Shown: positions 55,501 to 63,519, counted from the first letter of the stretch. The stretch is DNA of 64,000 nucleotides from Mytilus californianus (GCF_021869535.1 NW_026262723.1:92814001-92878000); one strand, 5' to 3'. Notes: generated by a model not told the origin, from the sequence alone. A program made the numbers and translations.

Positions 55501-58500
55501 TGGTTGATTTACTTTTAATTTTTTGTAGGATCTTCAGAAATTCAGAAATTTGGCAGAATGTTTGGCAGAGCTGTTTCTAACTGCATGGCAGATCGTCATT
55601 TATGGTATTCTGTCATTGATCGACCAGCTATGAGCAGGTTTACACGTGTCCAGCGAGCTACCTGTGTCGTGACTATTCTTTACACATTCATGGCAATCAA
55701 TGCTATCTGGTATGGACTGTTGAAACAAGAGGATAATGGAAATGTATCATCCTTTGGCTGGGAAGAAGTAGTTCTATCTCTTGTTACCAATGTAATAGCC
55801 TTCCCATTCACTCTCATAATCATCTGGATGTTTAAGAGAAGTAAATCTAAGGTAAGAAATCTAAAGGAATAAAGAATTCTATGTGTCCCTCTTACCAGGA
55901 CAGTGGGTGCTTGTTCTCTATTTGCAGTATCATGTGTTCATAAGCCATTTATATAAACCTTCTTTTTAGAGGATTTAGCTTATATAATTTACATAAGGTT
56001 TGTAAATGTGAAATATGTGTCTACAACGACCAGTTTCAAATCAACTTGAAGATAGATATTTTTCATTGAGATAAGCGATCAGAAGTCACATGATAACTTT
56101 CACACATATCTCAATATGAGTAAAAACTAACTATATATCAGTACATAAACAAATCTCAATTCATTTATGAAATATGTATTGTTATATATTACAGAATAAC
56201 ATATTTGAGCGTGTATTGTTATATATTACAGAATAACATATTTGAGCATGTATTGTTATATATTACAGAATAACATATTTGAGCATGTATTGTTATATAT
56301 TACAGAATAACATATTTGAGCCAGCACAGAGAGTAGGAACAGCCCAGACTATTGAGATAGACTATGATCCTAACTTGGCTGGTTCCTTCAAAACCAATGA
56401 TGAATTAATTTCATACTATGACAGAGAAAGTACAACAGACTCATTAGTGGTAAGATTTTATTTATAGACAAATGTCAACAAAATATGTCAAATTTACAAT
56501 TCTAAATAGTTCAGAGCATAAACAAATTGTGAAGAATGAGACCAGCAAAGATCTGTTATATATTGTGTCATTAATTTATTAGATTTTTGCAACTTTTGTG
56601 TTGTTACAGTGTGTATAATTGTGTATTTATGTTGGCAGGAATCAAGTATGACCCACAACCATCTAAGGAGAAGTAGAACATTGAAGATGACAAGACAAGC
56701 CACAGATGATAGTCTTACTAAAGCTGTGAACTCCATTGACAGTGGTATCGGAAGTATGGGAGCTAGTACAGAAAGCAAGGTACTCATTGCTTGTAGTCTT
56801 ACAGTAAAGGAAAAATATTTTATCTCCATTGTTTTCTTGATAATCTGTGTTGATTCCTGTGGATTTATTTGTATTCTTAATATACAAATTTTTGTTGATT
56901 TGTTGGATTATAGGGGATCCAAGAATGAAGTGTTCAACAAATATTTTGTATAGTATTTTAAGCAATCTTGGTTAAAACCACTATTTTTCCTCATTCTGTG
57001 AAAGTTGATTCACAGTATTTACCTTGGTAAAAAATAATTGAAAATCCATAAAAAGTGTACATTATTTTGTTCATATTTTATGTTTTTATGAAATAAAAAA
57101 AGAAAAGAAACACACTTAAAAAAAAAAGAAGAAATTATTCACAATAGTGGAACATTAACAACATAATGAATGGCGATTTATAATTGTGGTAAACATTTGA
57201 TATTTATTTTACAGTTAAAGAGAACCAACAATCCAACTTTATGGTCTAAAACAGAAGTAGGTCATAAAGATGAAACATACATTACCAAGACTGAAAACAA
57301 TACAGACAAAAAAGAGGAGGTATGCTATAATAAACTTAATAGTTGTATAGCAACATAATTTTTTCCACGGAACATACCTAAAAAGTTAGCATGCAATATT
57401 CACCAATATTATGCAAAATATGTGAAAGGAATTATTGTAATTTTCCAGAAGTTTTTAAAAAAAAATTTTGAAAGGGAAACATTATGGTAAAGGAATAAAC
57501 ATAAATTGTAAAAAAAATAAAGACTAAGTAGAGTAGTAGGAAGACAAAAGACATATTAACAAATAACAAACATATTTGAACAGATGTTGAATAAGTGAAA
57601 TATATATTTGCTACATTTTAGATGAAGGAGGTAGCTGATGGAATTCTTCAGTATTTAGATGATGTTGAGTCTGAATGTATGACTAAAGAACAATCTGTTA
57701 TACAGAAACGTAACAGTATGGGAGGAGGAGGAGGAAAATCAACACTCAAGTAAGTTATGAACAGGAAAGACAATCATTCAGTGACATACTTAAATGTGAG
57801 GAGAAAAGAATTGTAGATGATCATAATGTTATTCTATCTTCTGCATACTTTTTTAGGTGTATTAAGGGTAAGAAAAAATATGATACAATACAATGAAAAT
57901 CTGTTATTAAGGGTATGATAAAATATGATACAATAAAATGAAAATCTACAGTCTAAGAATTTTTGTATTGTAGAAGAACGGGTACAAAGAAAAATGAATG
58001 GAAAGAAATAGATGATATCCTTAATTCAGACAATGAAGGAAAACAATCAAGATCTCGTCCATTACGTAAGAAGGATTCTACCAGTACCATTGGTTCTTAT
58101 GGTAAACCTGGATCATCACAGTCAGGCAAGGGATATAACCCAAGGGAAGACCCTACAATTAATGGACAAGACAGGTACCTAGCAGATTTTTTTGTGTTTA
58201 ATACGTTATGTGCTGTGTTCTTAAAACGAGAAGTCTGAATGCCTTTGAAAATTTTATCCCAAATATTATGTACCAAAATTTAGAATTAAAAACACTTTAG
58301 AAATACAATAAAGCATAAAAAGTTACAGGAATTACTTAAAATATTTGACAGACCACACCAAACAACAAGCAGTTCCTTAAAGAAGATAGATTTACAACCA
58401 AATTCACACAACATTGAACAACTCATGGTTATAGTCCAGCAGTAGATAATTAACATCTTGTGCTATTTTTAGTGATCATGTGATTATTTATGCTATAGAT

Positions 58501-61500
58501 ATTTAAGTAAAGATGAAATAAGTTGTCTGTTATAAAGATTTGAGAGAAAAAATTTCAGTTTACTTACACTAAGTGGATTTCTAGTTGAAAAGGTGGCCTT
58601 CACTGTTAATTTGTTCTTTCCATATTTTAGAAAACTGCCCTCTGCAGGAAGTACTTTCATGTGGGCCAATAAACTGAGAGCCTCTAGTTCAATGGACTCT
58701 ACTACAATCCAAGGTACTTCCATGCCTGCAGTAGAAGGAATTGGTCCATTAGAACCAGACATGGGACTAGCCCAGCAGTCCAGTGAAGGATTGGGTATGT
58801 TACAGAGAGTTCTTTTTATATCGCTTCACTGAAAATGTGTTCAAATTAGTAAATGTTTGTGTTTTTATGAAATGCTTTGAAAATTGTCTTTATATGAGTA
58901 TATTTATTGTATGACCTTGACTTTCTCTTAGATCTATGTTTCATGGACCTTAATCAATTCCATGCTTAAGTATTTAAAACCTTGGCACTTGTATTCTCTA
59001 GATAATACATTTTCATTTGTTTTATGTCATTGTTTTGATATTTATTTTCAGATCGAGAAGATCTTCTATTACTAGAAAAGCGTGAAGATTCTAAGAGTTG
59101 TACATTACCTGCCTGGTTTGTCTATGTTGCTTATGTGATCTGCTTTGTACTGTGTGTCACCTCAGTCATCATGGTTATCTTGTACGGACAGACATTTGGA
59201 GCAGATATAGCACTGCAATGGATATTGGCATTACTGTTCTGTATTGCTATGTCATTCATTATTATAGAACCATTAAAGGTATGTGAACATGATAAGTAAT
59301 GTTAGCCAGATGTCAATTTTTTACTTCAATGCTTCAAACCGCATAATGACTAGCCTTTTGATATACTGTTTCCTGAATCCACATGATTTAATGCACACCA
59401 AGTTGTTTCAAAATATACCATTTAAAATTGAATCTACTTCCCCAATTGTATCTTCTGACAGCTTTTAAAAAAACGTTGTTTAATGAATAGAATTTTTACT
59501 TAAATGTTAATGGACTTCTGGAAATGATGTTGCATCATTGGAAGATATCTATAATGGAAGTTCTGAATAGTCCAGACATCAAATCTTAATATTCCTACTT
59601 CCTGGTTTCTTTTACATACTTATCTGTTAATTGCTATGTTTGATTCGATTCCATAATACTTGTATCATTTTATGAAGAATTGTAATGTTTTTTTAGGCAT
59701 TATGTGCTGTCTTATTTGGTTCCACTATATTATTGTCAAATTCATAAAGAGTTGTAATGTTTTTTTAGGCATTAGTAATAGCATTCTATGCATCAAGTGT
59801 ACTGAAGAAAGAAGATACAATTGACGATGATGCTATAGATATACAACCAACAGTGGATACATCTAATGAAACAGTCAAGGTAAATATCTAAATTAAACAG
59901 GAAAAAAATTAAAATTAAAAAGGAGGTGGGACAGATGTAAATAAAACAACAACCCAACAACACAAAAAACAAATAGACCTCTTGTGGTTAAGTTTGTTTT
60001 GGTGTTGCATGTTGCATAGATTGTCATATGAATGATCTAGTCTGGAAATTAACCATAAGACAAGGGGGAAGCCCCATTGTCCTCCTTTTAAAGTTCATTA
60101 TGTAGTCATGAAATTCACTTTTGAATGAAAAGTAAAGTGTTGAAAACTCATATAAAAATTGAACAAATTTATAGTTAACAGTGTAAAATTGGTTTTAATT
60201 TTAATCCTGTAGTCTTTGTTTGGTGGCTTTCTTCATTAAATGAAATATTTCAGGAAAACAAGTTTACACCACTAGCAGGGTTTGCCCTATTGAATGCCAA
60301 AGAAGAAGGTCACAAGATACTGAGAATGAGACTGATGCTCAGACAGTTTACAGCATACATATTCTACCTCTGGTTGGTGATGACACTGTGCTATGTCAAC
60401 TTCAGTTATGATACATATCTTTTCAAGACATCGGTTGATAACTCCATAATTCAGCCAACAATACCTGGTACAGAGAAATCATTTGTTAACATGAGTAATG
60501 TTGATGATTTCTGGGCATGGAGCCAGTCTGTACTGGTTTCTGGTTTACATCATAGAGAGCTGTATACAGATTTAGAATTCGGAACACTACTTGGAGTGGC
60601 ACGTATGAGACTTGTCAGAAGTGTTGAAGGTAAAAATAAATGTTAAAACACACAACTAGAAAAATTTATATTTTTAATGAATAGCTAAGATAGTTTAGGA
60701 ATATTTTATAAGCACATTGATGTTTTTGTTTATGCAAAATCTTAAGCTTCTCGCACCAGTTTTCAAAAGTTAAGATTGGACAGTTTAAAAAATATACTGT
60801 TATTTATATACGAAATGACTTATAATTAGAATAAAATGGTTAATGAGATACATTTTTTTAAATACAACATAGATGCCGTTGAAGCCAAGTCTTTATCTTT
60901 TTGTCTAGTTACCATAACAGTCGTAAATTAAACAAAAAACTCAAATAAGAAAATAATTACTTTAAAAATAAATGAATGTTAAATTTTGTTTTTAAAATTA
61001 TTGTTATTGTCAAAAGGGAAAATATGTTCCTCATAAACATTCAAATGAACTATCTTCTTTCTAGAACCATGTCCTGCAACAGAACACCCACTACACTCTG
61101 GTCTGGACAGCCTTACTAACAGGACATGTTGGGGTAACTATGGTTACAATGAAGATGAAATTAACTATAGTGAAGGATGGAATTATTCACAGAATTTGTC
61201 ATGGAGATATTCTACTGGTTCCCAAACAGGAAGTAAAACTCGCTATGGTTATGTATATACGTATGGCGGAGGAGGGTATGTCCAGCAACTAGGGACAACA
61301 TACAATGATACTCTTACAAAATTACAAGACTTACAGGCTAAAAATTGGATTGATGAAAAGTAAGTTGTATTTGCTTTATATAGAATGTATTGCAGTATTA
61401 AGGATTGGCATCATGAAGTTTCAACGATTTAGAGAAATCTAATGAAAAACATTTTGTTTCCTTTCTTTGTCCAAAAATCTACTTAGGATATCTTATCTAA

Positions 61501-63519
61501 GATGTCCTACTTTTATTTTATCTAAGAAGTCCTACTTTTATTATACTTTAAAGTACAGTTCCTGTTTTCTTGTTAGGAGTCCAGTTCAGTTAGATCATTA
61601 TTGTTCATTTAGTATGTATATTTGCACATTGTCATTGTAAATAAATCTAGCTTAAATTTCCGAAACACTTGTTTAAGAGTTTATGATATATAACCTGACT
61701 TGCAACTGAAATATTTGATTTATAAAAAATGCAGGTCTGAAACAGAATTTGTAAGAAAATGTATGTTAATTTAAAAAGAAATCATAAGCCTATCGATCAA
61801 GAGTTGTACAGATTTTTTCAGGAGTTATATACCTTATTACGATACATGTGTACTTTATTTTCAGAACAAGAGCAATATTTATAGATTTTACCATGTATAG
61901 TGCTGCCAATGATCTAACCACTGTTGTCAACTTAATGATAGAGTTCCCACTTACAGGTATGTCAAACTAAAACCATAATACAGTCGTGCCTATAGCTAAC
62001 TATTCACAGGTATGTCATGCTCAGACTAGATTGATATGCAGGTATGCCATACTTAAAACAAATTACAAGTGTGCCAAACAAAAACCATTTTACAGGTAGT
62101 CTGTACTTTATAAATGTTATCAGTATTGTTGAAACAAGTAATTTGTGGATATTCAGGAGGGAAAAAAAGCTGTTTATATTTAGGGATATTAGTCATGCTT
62201 GTACGATGAAAATATAAAAGCTATATGGTAGTTTTTGAAATAGATTTTCATAGAAATGGTATGTTTTATTTTAGAAGTTTCATCGACAGAAAAATTATCT
62301 TTAAAACTTGTGTACATGTGTTTTTCTGAATCTTTTCAGGTGGTTTGAACACTTCCTCAGATATACAGAGTCAAATATTACTTAGATTTGTACAAGAGGT
62401 TGTGGATCCATTAATGGTCTGCCAGGTACGTTATTATATTTTTTTCTTCTGTAAGCTTGAAGTATACTATTTTAGATAGCTAATTATTCCTATTAGCTTT
62501 TTTTTATGATATATATTTTTGTTGTCTTCTCAAGAATACAAATGTTTTTTTTTTTATTTTCTTATTATGAAGAAATACTGCAGTTTTTCATACTTGTACC
62601 AATTTGATAATTTGTATAAATATCGTTGAGATATTGTAATGACAGTAAGATTTTACTTTGATCTTTACAGTGTATCCTGTTCTTAGTGAATATCTACCTT
62701 GTTTGCCATATTTTCAATGCAATCAAAGACCACAGAAAGGAATATTTCACCCATCCCTGGAACTGGTTTGAGATGCTGACTACACTTATGGCCATTGTTA
62801 TCAATGGATTATATATTGGTTGTGTGGCAGAGGCTTCCAGTACCTTCAACGACTACTTTAACAACAAAAATGGCTTCACTAATTTCGAGGCTATCTCTGA
62901 TACACATGTTGCTATGAGATATATTCAAGGCATTCTTATATTCTGCCTTATGATAAAGGTATGATATTTTAAAATAAGCTTTAATTGATGTTTCTTCTAA
63001 AGCTCATATAACAGAGAAAAAAATGCATAAAGTTTCTTGTGACTTTTGTCTACTACAACATTATTTTAACTGAACCCAGTTAATTTTTGCAAGTCAAATA
63101 TTACAAATGTAGCAATCTTTATTTTATACTCATTTGCTGTAAAGCTTGTTATCATCTCAGAGATTAAAACATAATCTATGTAATTAATGTTATGATATTA
63201 TGGATTTTTTCATATTGATTACCGGTATAATAAAATTTGAAGGGATTTTTTTAATGAAATTTGTGGAAGATTAAAAACAGTTGAATAATTTACCCCTCAA
63301 AAAAATTATTTGGTGTTGGAATACACATGTATGTTTTTATTCAAGTTCTGTAATATTTAAAATTTATCAATTTGCTTTATTCAGGTTGTGAAACAGTTAA
63401 GATTTGTCAAATTCCTATATGTGTACGAGAGAACATTGAGTGATGCCTGTGGTAAGCTGGCTGGAATAGCTGTCATCTTTATCATCCTTTTCTGTACATT
63501 TGCCATGGCAGGATACCTG
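4466..63519 (+). CDS. PKD1: Polycystin-1 (PKD1)-like gene, 40 exons in window, partial at both ends (about 4,488 codons)
   Basis: 40 AG/GT-bounded exons join in one frame. Domain order LRR-LRRCT-WSC-PKD-CTL-Cys-rich-PKDn-REJ-GPS-TM1-PLAT-TMs is diagnostic of PKD1 rather than the PKD1L paralogs. Orthology not tested by search. Confidence 0.93.
5720..5791 (+). CDS. PKD1: exon 2, LRR (YLQGNNINSIHSNAFHDTSDLIT)
   Basis: tttcag/gtaagt, 72 nt, phase 2-2. Confidence 0.9.
7369..7440 (+). CDS. PKD1: exon 3, LRR (NLSDNPIATLEDDLFKKTKKFET)
   Basis: ttccacag/gtaagt, 72 nt, phase 2-2. Confidence 0.88.
7967..8204. mobile_element. MITE-like element with terminal inverted repeats and terminal hairpins
   Basis: attaaaaaacagatcctatgt vs acacaggatctgtattttaat; inner inverted repeat 8001-8024 / 8147-8170. 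Confidence 0.65.
9597..9668 (+). CDS. PKD1: exon 4, LRR (NLSHTQLSTLPDDLFQDVKCLKN)
   Basis: ttttcag/gtaagt, 72 nt, phase 2-2. Confidence 0.9.
9715..9890. mobile_element. MITE, TACTGTGGATTCA family
   Basis: tactgtggattca...tgaatccacagta; related copies at 19205 and 43933. Confidence 0.8.
10228..11300. repeat. 46/49-bp minisatellite, about 23 units, with a 417-bp higher-order duplication
   Basis: unit ttcaacacttccaagaattcatgtttgctattacaaaactatggtc; identical ORF starts at 10542 and 10959. Confidence 0.92.
11381..11496. repeat. 35-bp tandem repeat x about 3.3
   Basis: ttaattccttctgtcttcactttaacaattatgtg at 11381, 11416, 11451. Confidence 0.9.
11558..11626 (+). CDS. PKD1: exon 5, LRR (DLSWNNFSIVIDVFKTLRCLEV)
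   Basis: ttttcag/gtaagt, 69 nt, phase 2-2. Confidence 0.88.
12597..12674 (+). CDS. PKD1: exon 6, LRR (KLRGNAFATVGSIQLDFNELKNLVE)
   Basis: ttcacag/gtaagt, 78 nt, phase 2-2. Confidence 0.88.
13335..13750. mobile_element. non-autonomous element with long palindromic head (13335-13495) and a second inverted-repeat block
   Basis: about 70-bp imperfect arms around gcgaggcttgccga; tttctctaat...attagagaaa second inverted repeat. Confidence 0.65.
14245..14316 (+). CDS. PKD1: exon 7, LRR (DISHNKFTTFQTNVLSSLSSLQK)
   Basis: ctttgtag/gtaagt, 72 nt, phase 2-2. Confidence 0.9.
14371..14537. repeat. about 80-bp tandem duplication
   Basis: gtaatgctgacacac...ggcatcttccataa twice. Confidence 0.9.
15371..15540 (+). 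CDS. PKD1: exon 8, LRRCT (NIANNPFDCTCDLLSF...VNCSNAP)
   Basis: NPFxCxC motif; ttacag/gtaagc; phase 2-1. Confidence 0.88.
17058..17228. mobile_element. MITE with TACTGC-type TIR
   Basis: tactgccaacatggatatttt vs reverse complement of aaaatttccacgtttgcagta. Confidence 0.65.
18961..19152 (+). mobile_element. degenerate tRNA-head SINE with (ATCA)n tail
   Basis: ggggccttggtgacagagtggt head; body similar to 34095 and 46581 copies. Confidence 0.5.
19205..19417. mobile_element. MITE, TACTGTGGATTCA family (opposite orientation to 9715 and 43933)
   Basis: 13-bp perfect TIR with subterminal ccaattttcgtgg. Confidence 0.8.
20437..20511 (+). CDS. PKD1: exon 9, Cys-containing linker (YYCPPTNTGFGKNTDDSKANNDDT)
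   Basis: ttacag/gtgagt, 75 nt, phase 1-1, open frame compatible with neighbours. Confidence 0.75.
21058..21144 (+). CDS. PKD1: exon 10, Cys-rich linker (CSSHKSKRSTPAWKSYCSSLSTTHRFCV)
   Basis: atacag/gtgagt, 87 nt, phase 1-1, open frame. Confidence 0.75.
23050..23757 (+). CDS. PKD1: exon 11, WSC domain + first PKD domain (WSFGDS)
   Basis: ORF track 23031-23765; ctgtag/gtatgt; GSCYFD...CIEKC...CMCG WSC pattern. Confidence 0.93.
24030..24860 (+). mobile_element. Helentron-associated (HINE/pearl-like) element with (GTCC/GTCT)n and 169-bp x about 4 array
   Basis: subterminal IR gggccccgc (24036) / gcggggccc (24817); 3' hairpin gagatgg-ctc-ccatctc; ends ctagtt; units at 24132, 24301, 24470, 24639. 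Confidence 0.8.
25621..25782 (+). CDS. PKD1: exon 12, C-type lectin 1 N-half (CEATWDFFRGRCLQ)
   Basis: ttttcag/gtatgt; donor is the first unit of a 42-bp array. Confidence 0.88.
25762..26432 (+). repeat. 42-bp x 16 array containing the exon 12 3' end and 5' splice site
   Basis: GTATGT at 25783 + 42n up to 26413. Confidence 0.95.
26487..26772 (+). mobile_element. dispersed repeat family (taagaagatgtggtatgattgccaatgagacaactctcc...), longest copy
   Basis: related copies at 15114, 25151, 28001, 47548, 54205 (+) and 33885, about 5020, about 5310 (-); recalled as an abundant mussel repeat, not verified. Confidence 0.7.
26930..27500. mobile_element. non-autonomous DNA transposon, probably Kolobok-like
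   Basis: TIR aaggagtaggtccagtaag / cttaccggtcctactcctt (17/19); TTAA target not intact. Confidence 0.6.
27748..27939 (+). CDS. PKD1: exon 13, C-type lectin 1 C-half (ILLGAT...YKWTNG...CVVI...DCSSSHSILCQ)
   Basis: gttcag/gtaaat, phase 1-1, CTL Cys pattern. Confidence 0.85.
28165..28490. repeat. 55-bp minisatellite x about 6
   Basis: acactgaaaactta at 28191, 28246, 28301, 28356, 28411, 28466. Confidence 0.9.
29141..29670. repeat. 53-bp minisatellite x about 10
   Basis: tatgatatcagtattcaaatgaaatgtgcacttgctttagaattcaaaaggta. Confidence 0.92.
30270..30330 (-). ncRNA. minimal type I hammerhead ribozyme, antisense copy
   Basis: minus strand reads CUGAUGA-C-GGUGG-CCUAA-CCACU-GAAAC-AUGUC-GAU. Confidence 0.65.
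31350..31410 (+). ncRNA. minimal type I hammerhead ribozyme, sense to PKD1 pre-mRNA
   Basis: CUGAUGA (31364-70), C, GGUGG-CCUAG-CCACC stem II, GAAA, palindromic ACAUGU stem III, GUC cleavage triplet (31394-96), stem I AUC/GAU plus UAUUG/UAAUA. Confidence 0.7.
31619..31808 (+). CDS. PKD1: exon 14, C-type lectin 2 N-half (NNHCYKLYETNVNWSVAASNC)
   Basis: ttttag/gtaagt; CY...W..A...C pattern. Confidence 0.9.
32466..32668 (+). CDS. PKD1: exon 15, C-type lectin 2 C-half (AWIGLTD...DCI...WSHYSC...YYICQ)
   Basis: WIGL motif; ttttag/gtagtt. Confidence 0.9.
33073..33204 (+). CDS. PKD1: exon 16, post-lectin segment
   Basis: tttttcag/gtgtgt, phase 1-1, open. Confidence 0.82.
34095..34223 (+). mobile_element. 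SINE fragment (V-domain-like ctccgggcactcaggcttcctccacc)
   Basis: shares ggcttcctccaccaataaaaactggcc with 46581 copy; caatcaat tail. Confidence 0.6.
34315..35108 (+). mobile_element. degenerate HINE-like element
   Basis: tttagctcatctgg start, aggtgagcgattcaggttcataggagcccttgtt end (gctcacct/aggtgagc-type IR plus hairpin). Confidence 0.55.
35233..36002. mobile_element. non-autonomous Kolobok-like DNA transposon
   Basis: TTAA|ggatgtatac...gtgtacatcc|TTAA. TTAA target duplication with purine-purine termini fits Kolobok rather than piggyBac. Confidence 0.72.
36391..36519 (+). CDS. PKD1: exon 17 (GLWFSHGG...FQVYTPICSSGTLIKP)
   Basis: ttttcag/gtatat; donor is the first unit of a 52-55-bp array. 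Confidence 0.85.
36489..36960 (+). repeat. 52-55-bp x about 8 array containing the exon 17 3' end and 5' splice site
   Basis: atatgttcctcaggaacacttataaaaccag|gtatatctcc at 36489, 36541, 36596, 36651, 36705, 36760, 36815, 36870. Confidence 0.9.
37606..42770 (+). CDS. PKD1: exon 18 (5,165 nt): Cys-rich LDL-A-like segment, about 15 PKD repeats, start of REJ
   Basis: ORF track 37884-42779 extends upstream in frame to ttttag at 37605; donor gtgagt; WSFGDG-type repeats; ITVDGSGSFDPD...YSWAC REJ motif. Confidence 0.96.
43933..44147. mobile_element. MITE, TACTGTGGATTCA family
   Basis: 13-bp perfect TIR. Confidence 0.8.
45147..45305 (+). CDS. PKD1: exon 19, REJ
   Basis: ttacag/gtaaat, 159 nt, phase 0-0. 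Confidence 0.87.
45750..46417 (+). CDS. PKD1: exon 20, REJ (LNCITC...GGTC...GYSDPD)
   Basis: ORF track 45843-46421; tttcag/gtaagt. Confidence 0.92.
46581..46696 (+). mobile_element. SINE fragment with (CAAA)n tail
   Basis: ggcttcctccaccaataaaaactggccgcc...gctgaaagtgg. Confidence 0.6.
46763..47060. mobile_element. non-autonomous element with palindromic head (46763-46915) and second inverted-repeat block
   Basis: perfect 21-bp IR taaggaatgactgtaatattt / aaatattacagtcattcctta; then aattccatttt / aaaatggaatt. Confidence 0.65.
47166..47466 (+). CDS. PKD1: exon 21, REJ/GAIN helical region
   Basis: ORF track 47176-47523; tgcag/gtaagt. Confidence 0.9.
48130..49169 (+). CDS. PKD1: exon 22, REJ/GAIN region
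   Basis: ORF track 48169-49320; tttcag/gtatgt; 1,040 nt. Confidence 0.92.
49209..50429. mobile_element. non-autonomous TA-flanked (Tc1/pogo-like) element
   Basis: taccgttcctactcgcttattagtcg vs reverse complement taccgtagatactcgcctaatagtcg; repeated ccgact(a/t)ata subterminal motifs; no transposase ORF. Confidence 0.6.
50916..51171 (+). CDS. PKD1: exon 23, GPS motif (CQFFD...W...GC...CECEHL/TPFG)
   Basis: HL/T at 51106-51114; tatag/gtaggt. Confidence 0.94.
51419..53726 (+). mobile_element. large HINE-like element with (GTC)n and three internal tandem arrays (160, 35 and 126-136 bp)
   Basis: 5' tatacgactgca...ggtcgtata hairpin; 3' tgcggtcgtat IR plus gctgcgccctgcggagc; arrays read directly. 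Confidence 0.8.
53997..54192 (+). CDS. PKD1: exon 24, TM1 and start of PLAT (YEVTVVTG)
   Basis: NPVVFVTCSLIFVVYVIAVIIC hydrophobic segment; ttgcag/gtatgt. Confidence 0.93.
54823..55131 (+). CDS. PKD1: exon 25, PLAT/LH2 domain (GTTANVGLRLYG...FQRN...WHDNSG..PSWYL)
   Basis: canonical polycystin PLAT motifs; aaacag/gtaagt. Confidence 0.95.
55529..55851 (+). CDS. PKD1: exon 26, TM2-TM3 (HLWYSV...SRFTRVQRATC)
   Basis: conserved polycystin-1 motif; ttgtag/gtaaga. Confidence 0.94.
56174..56321 (+). repeat. 37-bp x 4 array containing the exon 27 3' splice site and exon start
   Basis: atgtattgttatatattacag|aataacatatttgagc; AG ends at 56194, 56231, 56268, 56305. Confidence 0.93.
56306..56449 (+). 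CDS. PKD1: exon 27, cytoplasmic loop (uses 4th of 4 tandem acceptors)
   Basis: only this acceptor gives an open phase-0 frame; 144 nt. Confidence 0.8.
56639..56779 (+). CDS. PKD1: exon 28, cytoplasmic loop
   Basis: ggcag/gtactc, 141 nt, phase 0-0. Confidence 0.75.
57215..57319 (+). CDS. PKD1: exon 29, cytoplasmic loop
   Basis: ttacag/gtatgc, 105 nt, phase 0-0. Confidence 0.78.
57622..57749 (+). CDS. PKD1: exon 30, cytoplasmic loop
   Basis: ttttag/gtaagt, phase 0-2. Confidence 0.8.
57974..58174 (+). CDS. PKD1: exon 31, cytoplasmic loop
   Basis: ttgtag/gtacct, 201 nt, phase 2-2. Confidence 0.8.
58631..58794 (+). CDS. PKD1: exon 32, cytoplasmic loop
   Basis: ttttag/gtatgt, phase 2-1. Confidence 0.8.
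59052..59278 (+). CDS. PKD1: exon 33, TM4-TM5 (LPAWFVYVAY...YGQTFG...IEPLK)
   Basis: LP.W and EPLK polycystin motifs; ttttcag/gtatgt. Confidence 0.93.
59650..59775 (+). repeat. 72-bp degenerate duplication of the exon 34 acceptor
   Basis: ttgtaatgtttttttag|gcatta with AG ending at 59696 and 59768. Confidence 0.8.
59769..59879 (+). CDS. PKD1: exon 34 (uses downstream of 2 duplicated acceptors)
   Basis: ttttag/gtaaat, 111 nt; upstream copy leads to TAA. Confidence 0.85.
60254..60629 (+). CDS. PKD1: exon 35, TM6 (S1) and start of TOP domain (FWAWSQSVL...LGVARMRLVR)
   Basis: ORF track 60290-60646; tttcag/gtaaaa. Confidence 0.93.
61065..61359 (+). CDS. PKD1: exon 36, TOP domain (YGGGGYVQQLG...WID)
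   Basis: polycystin YxGGGY and WID motifs; ttctag/gtaagt. Confidence 0.92.
61865..61956 (+). CDS. PKD1: exon 37, TOP domain (TRAIFIDFTMYS...IEFPLTG)
   Basis: TRA.F.DF..Y and EFP motifs; tttcag/gtatgt. Confidence 0.93.
62340..62425 (+). CDS. PKD1: exon 38
   Basis: ttttcag/gtacgt, phase 1-0. Confidence 0.87.
62671..62958 (+). CDS. PKD1: exon 39, S2-S4-like segments (YFTHPWNWFE)
   Basis: ORF track 62686-62964; ttacag/gtatga. Confidence 0.92.
63385..63519 (+). CDS. PKD1: exon 40, S4-S5-like segment (KQLRFV...FCTFAMAGYL)
   Basis: ttcag/gtatgt; QLRF motif; gene continues beyond window. Confidence 0.9.

Noticed and set aside
57857-57867. 11-nt candidate micro-exon (ttttag|gtgtattaagg|gtaaga)
   Set aside because: Would frameshift; exons 30 and 31 already join in phase.
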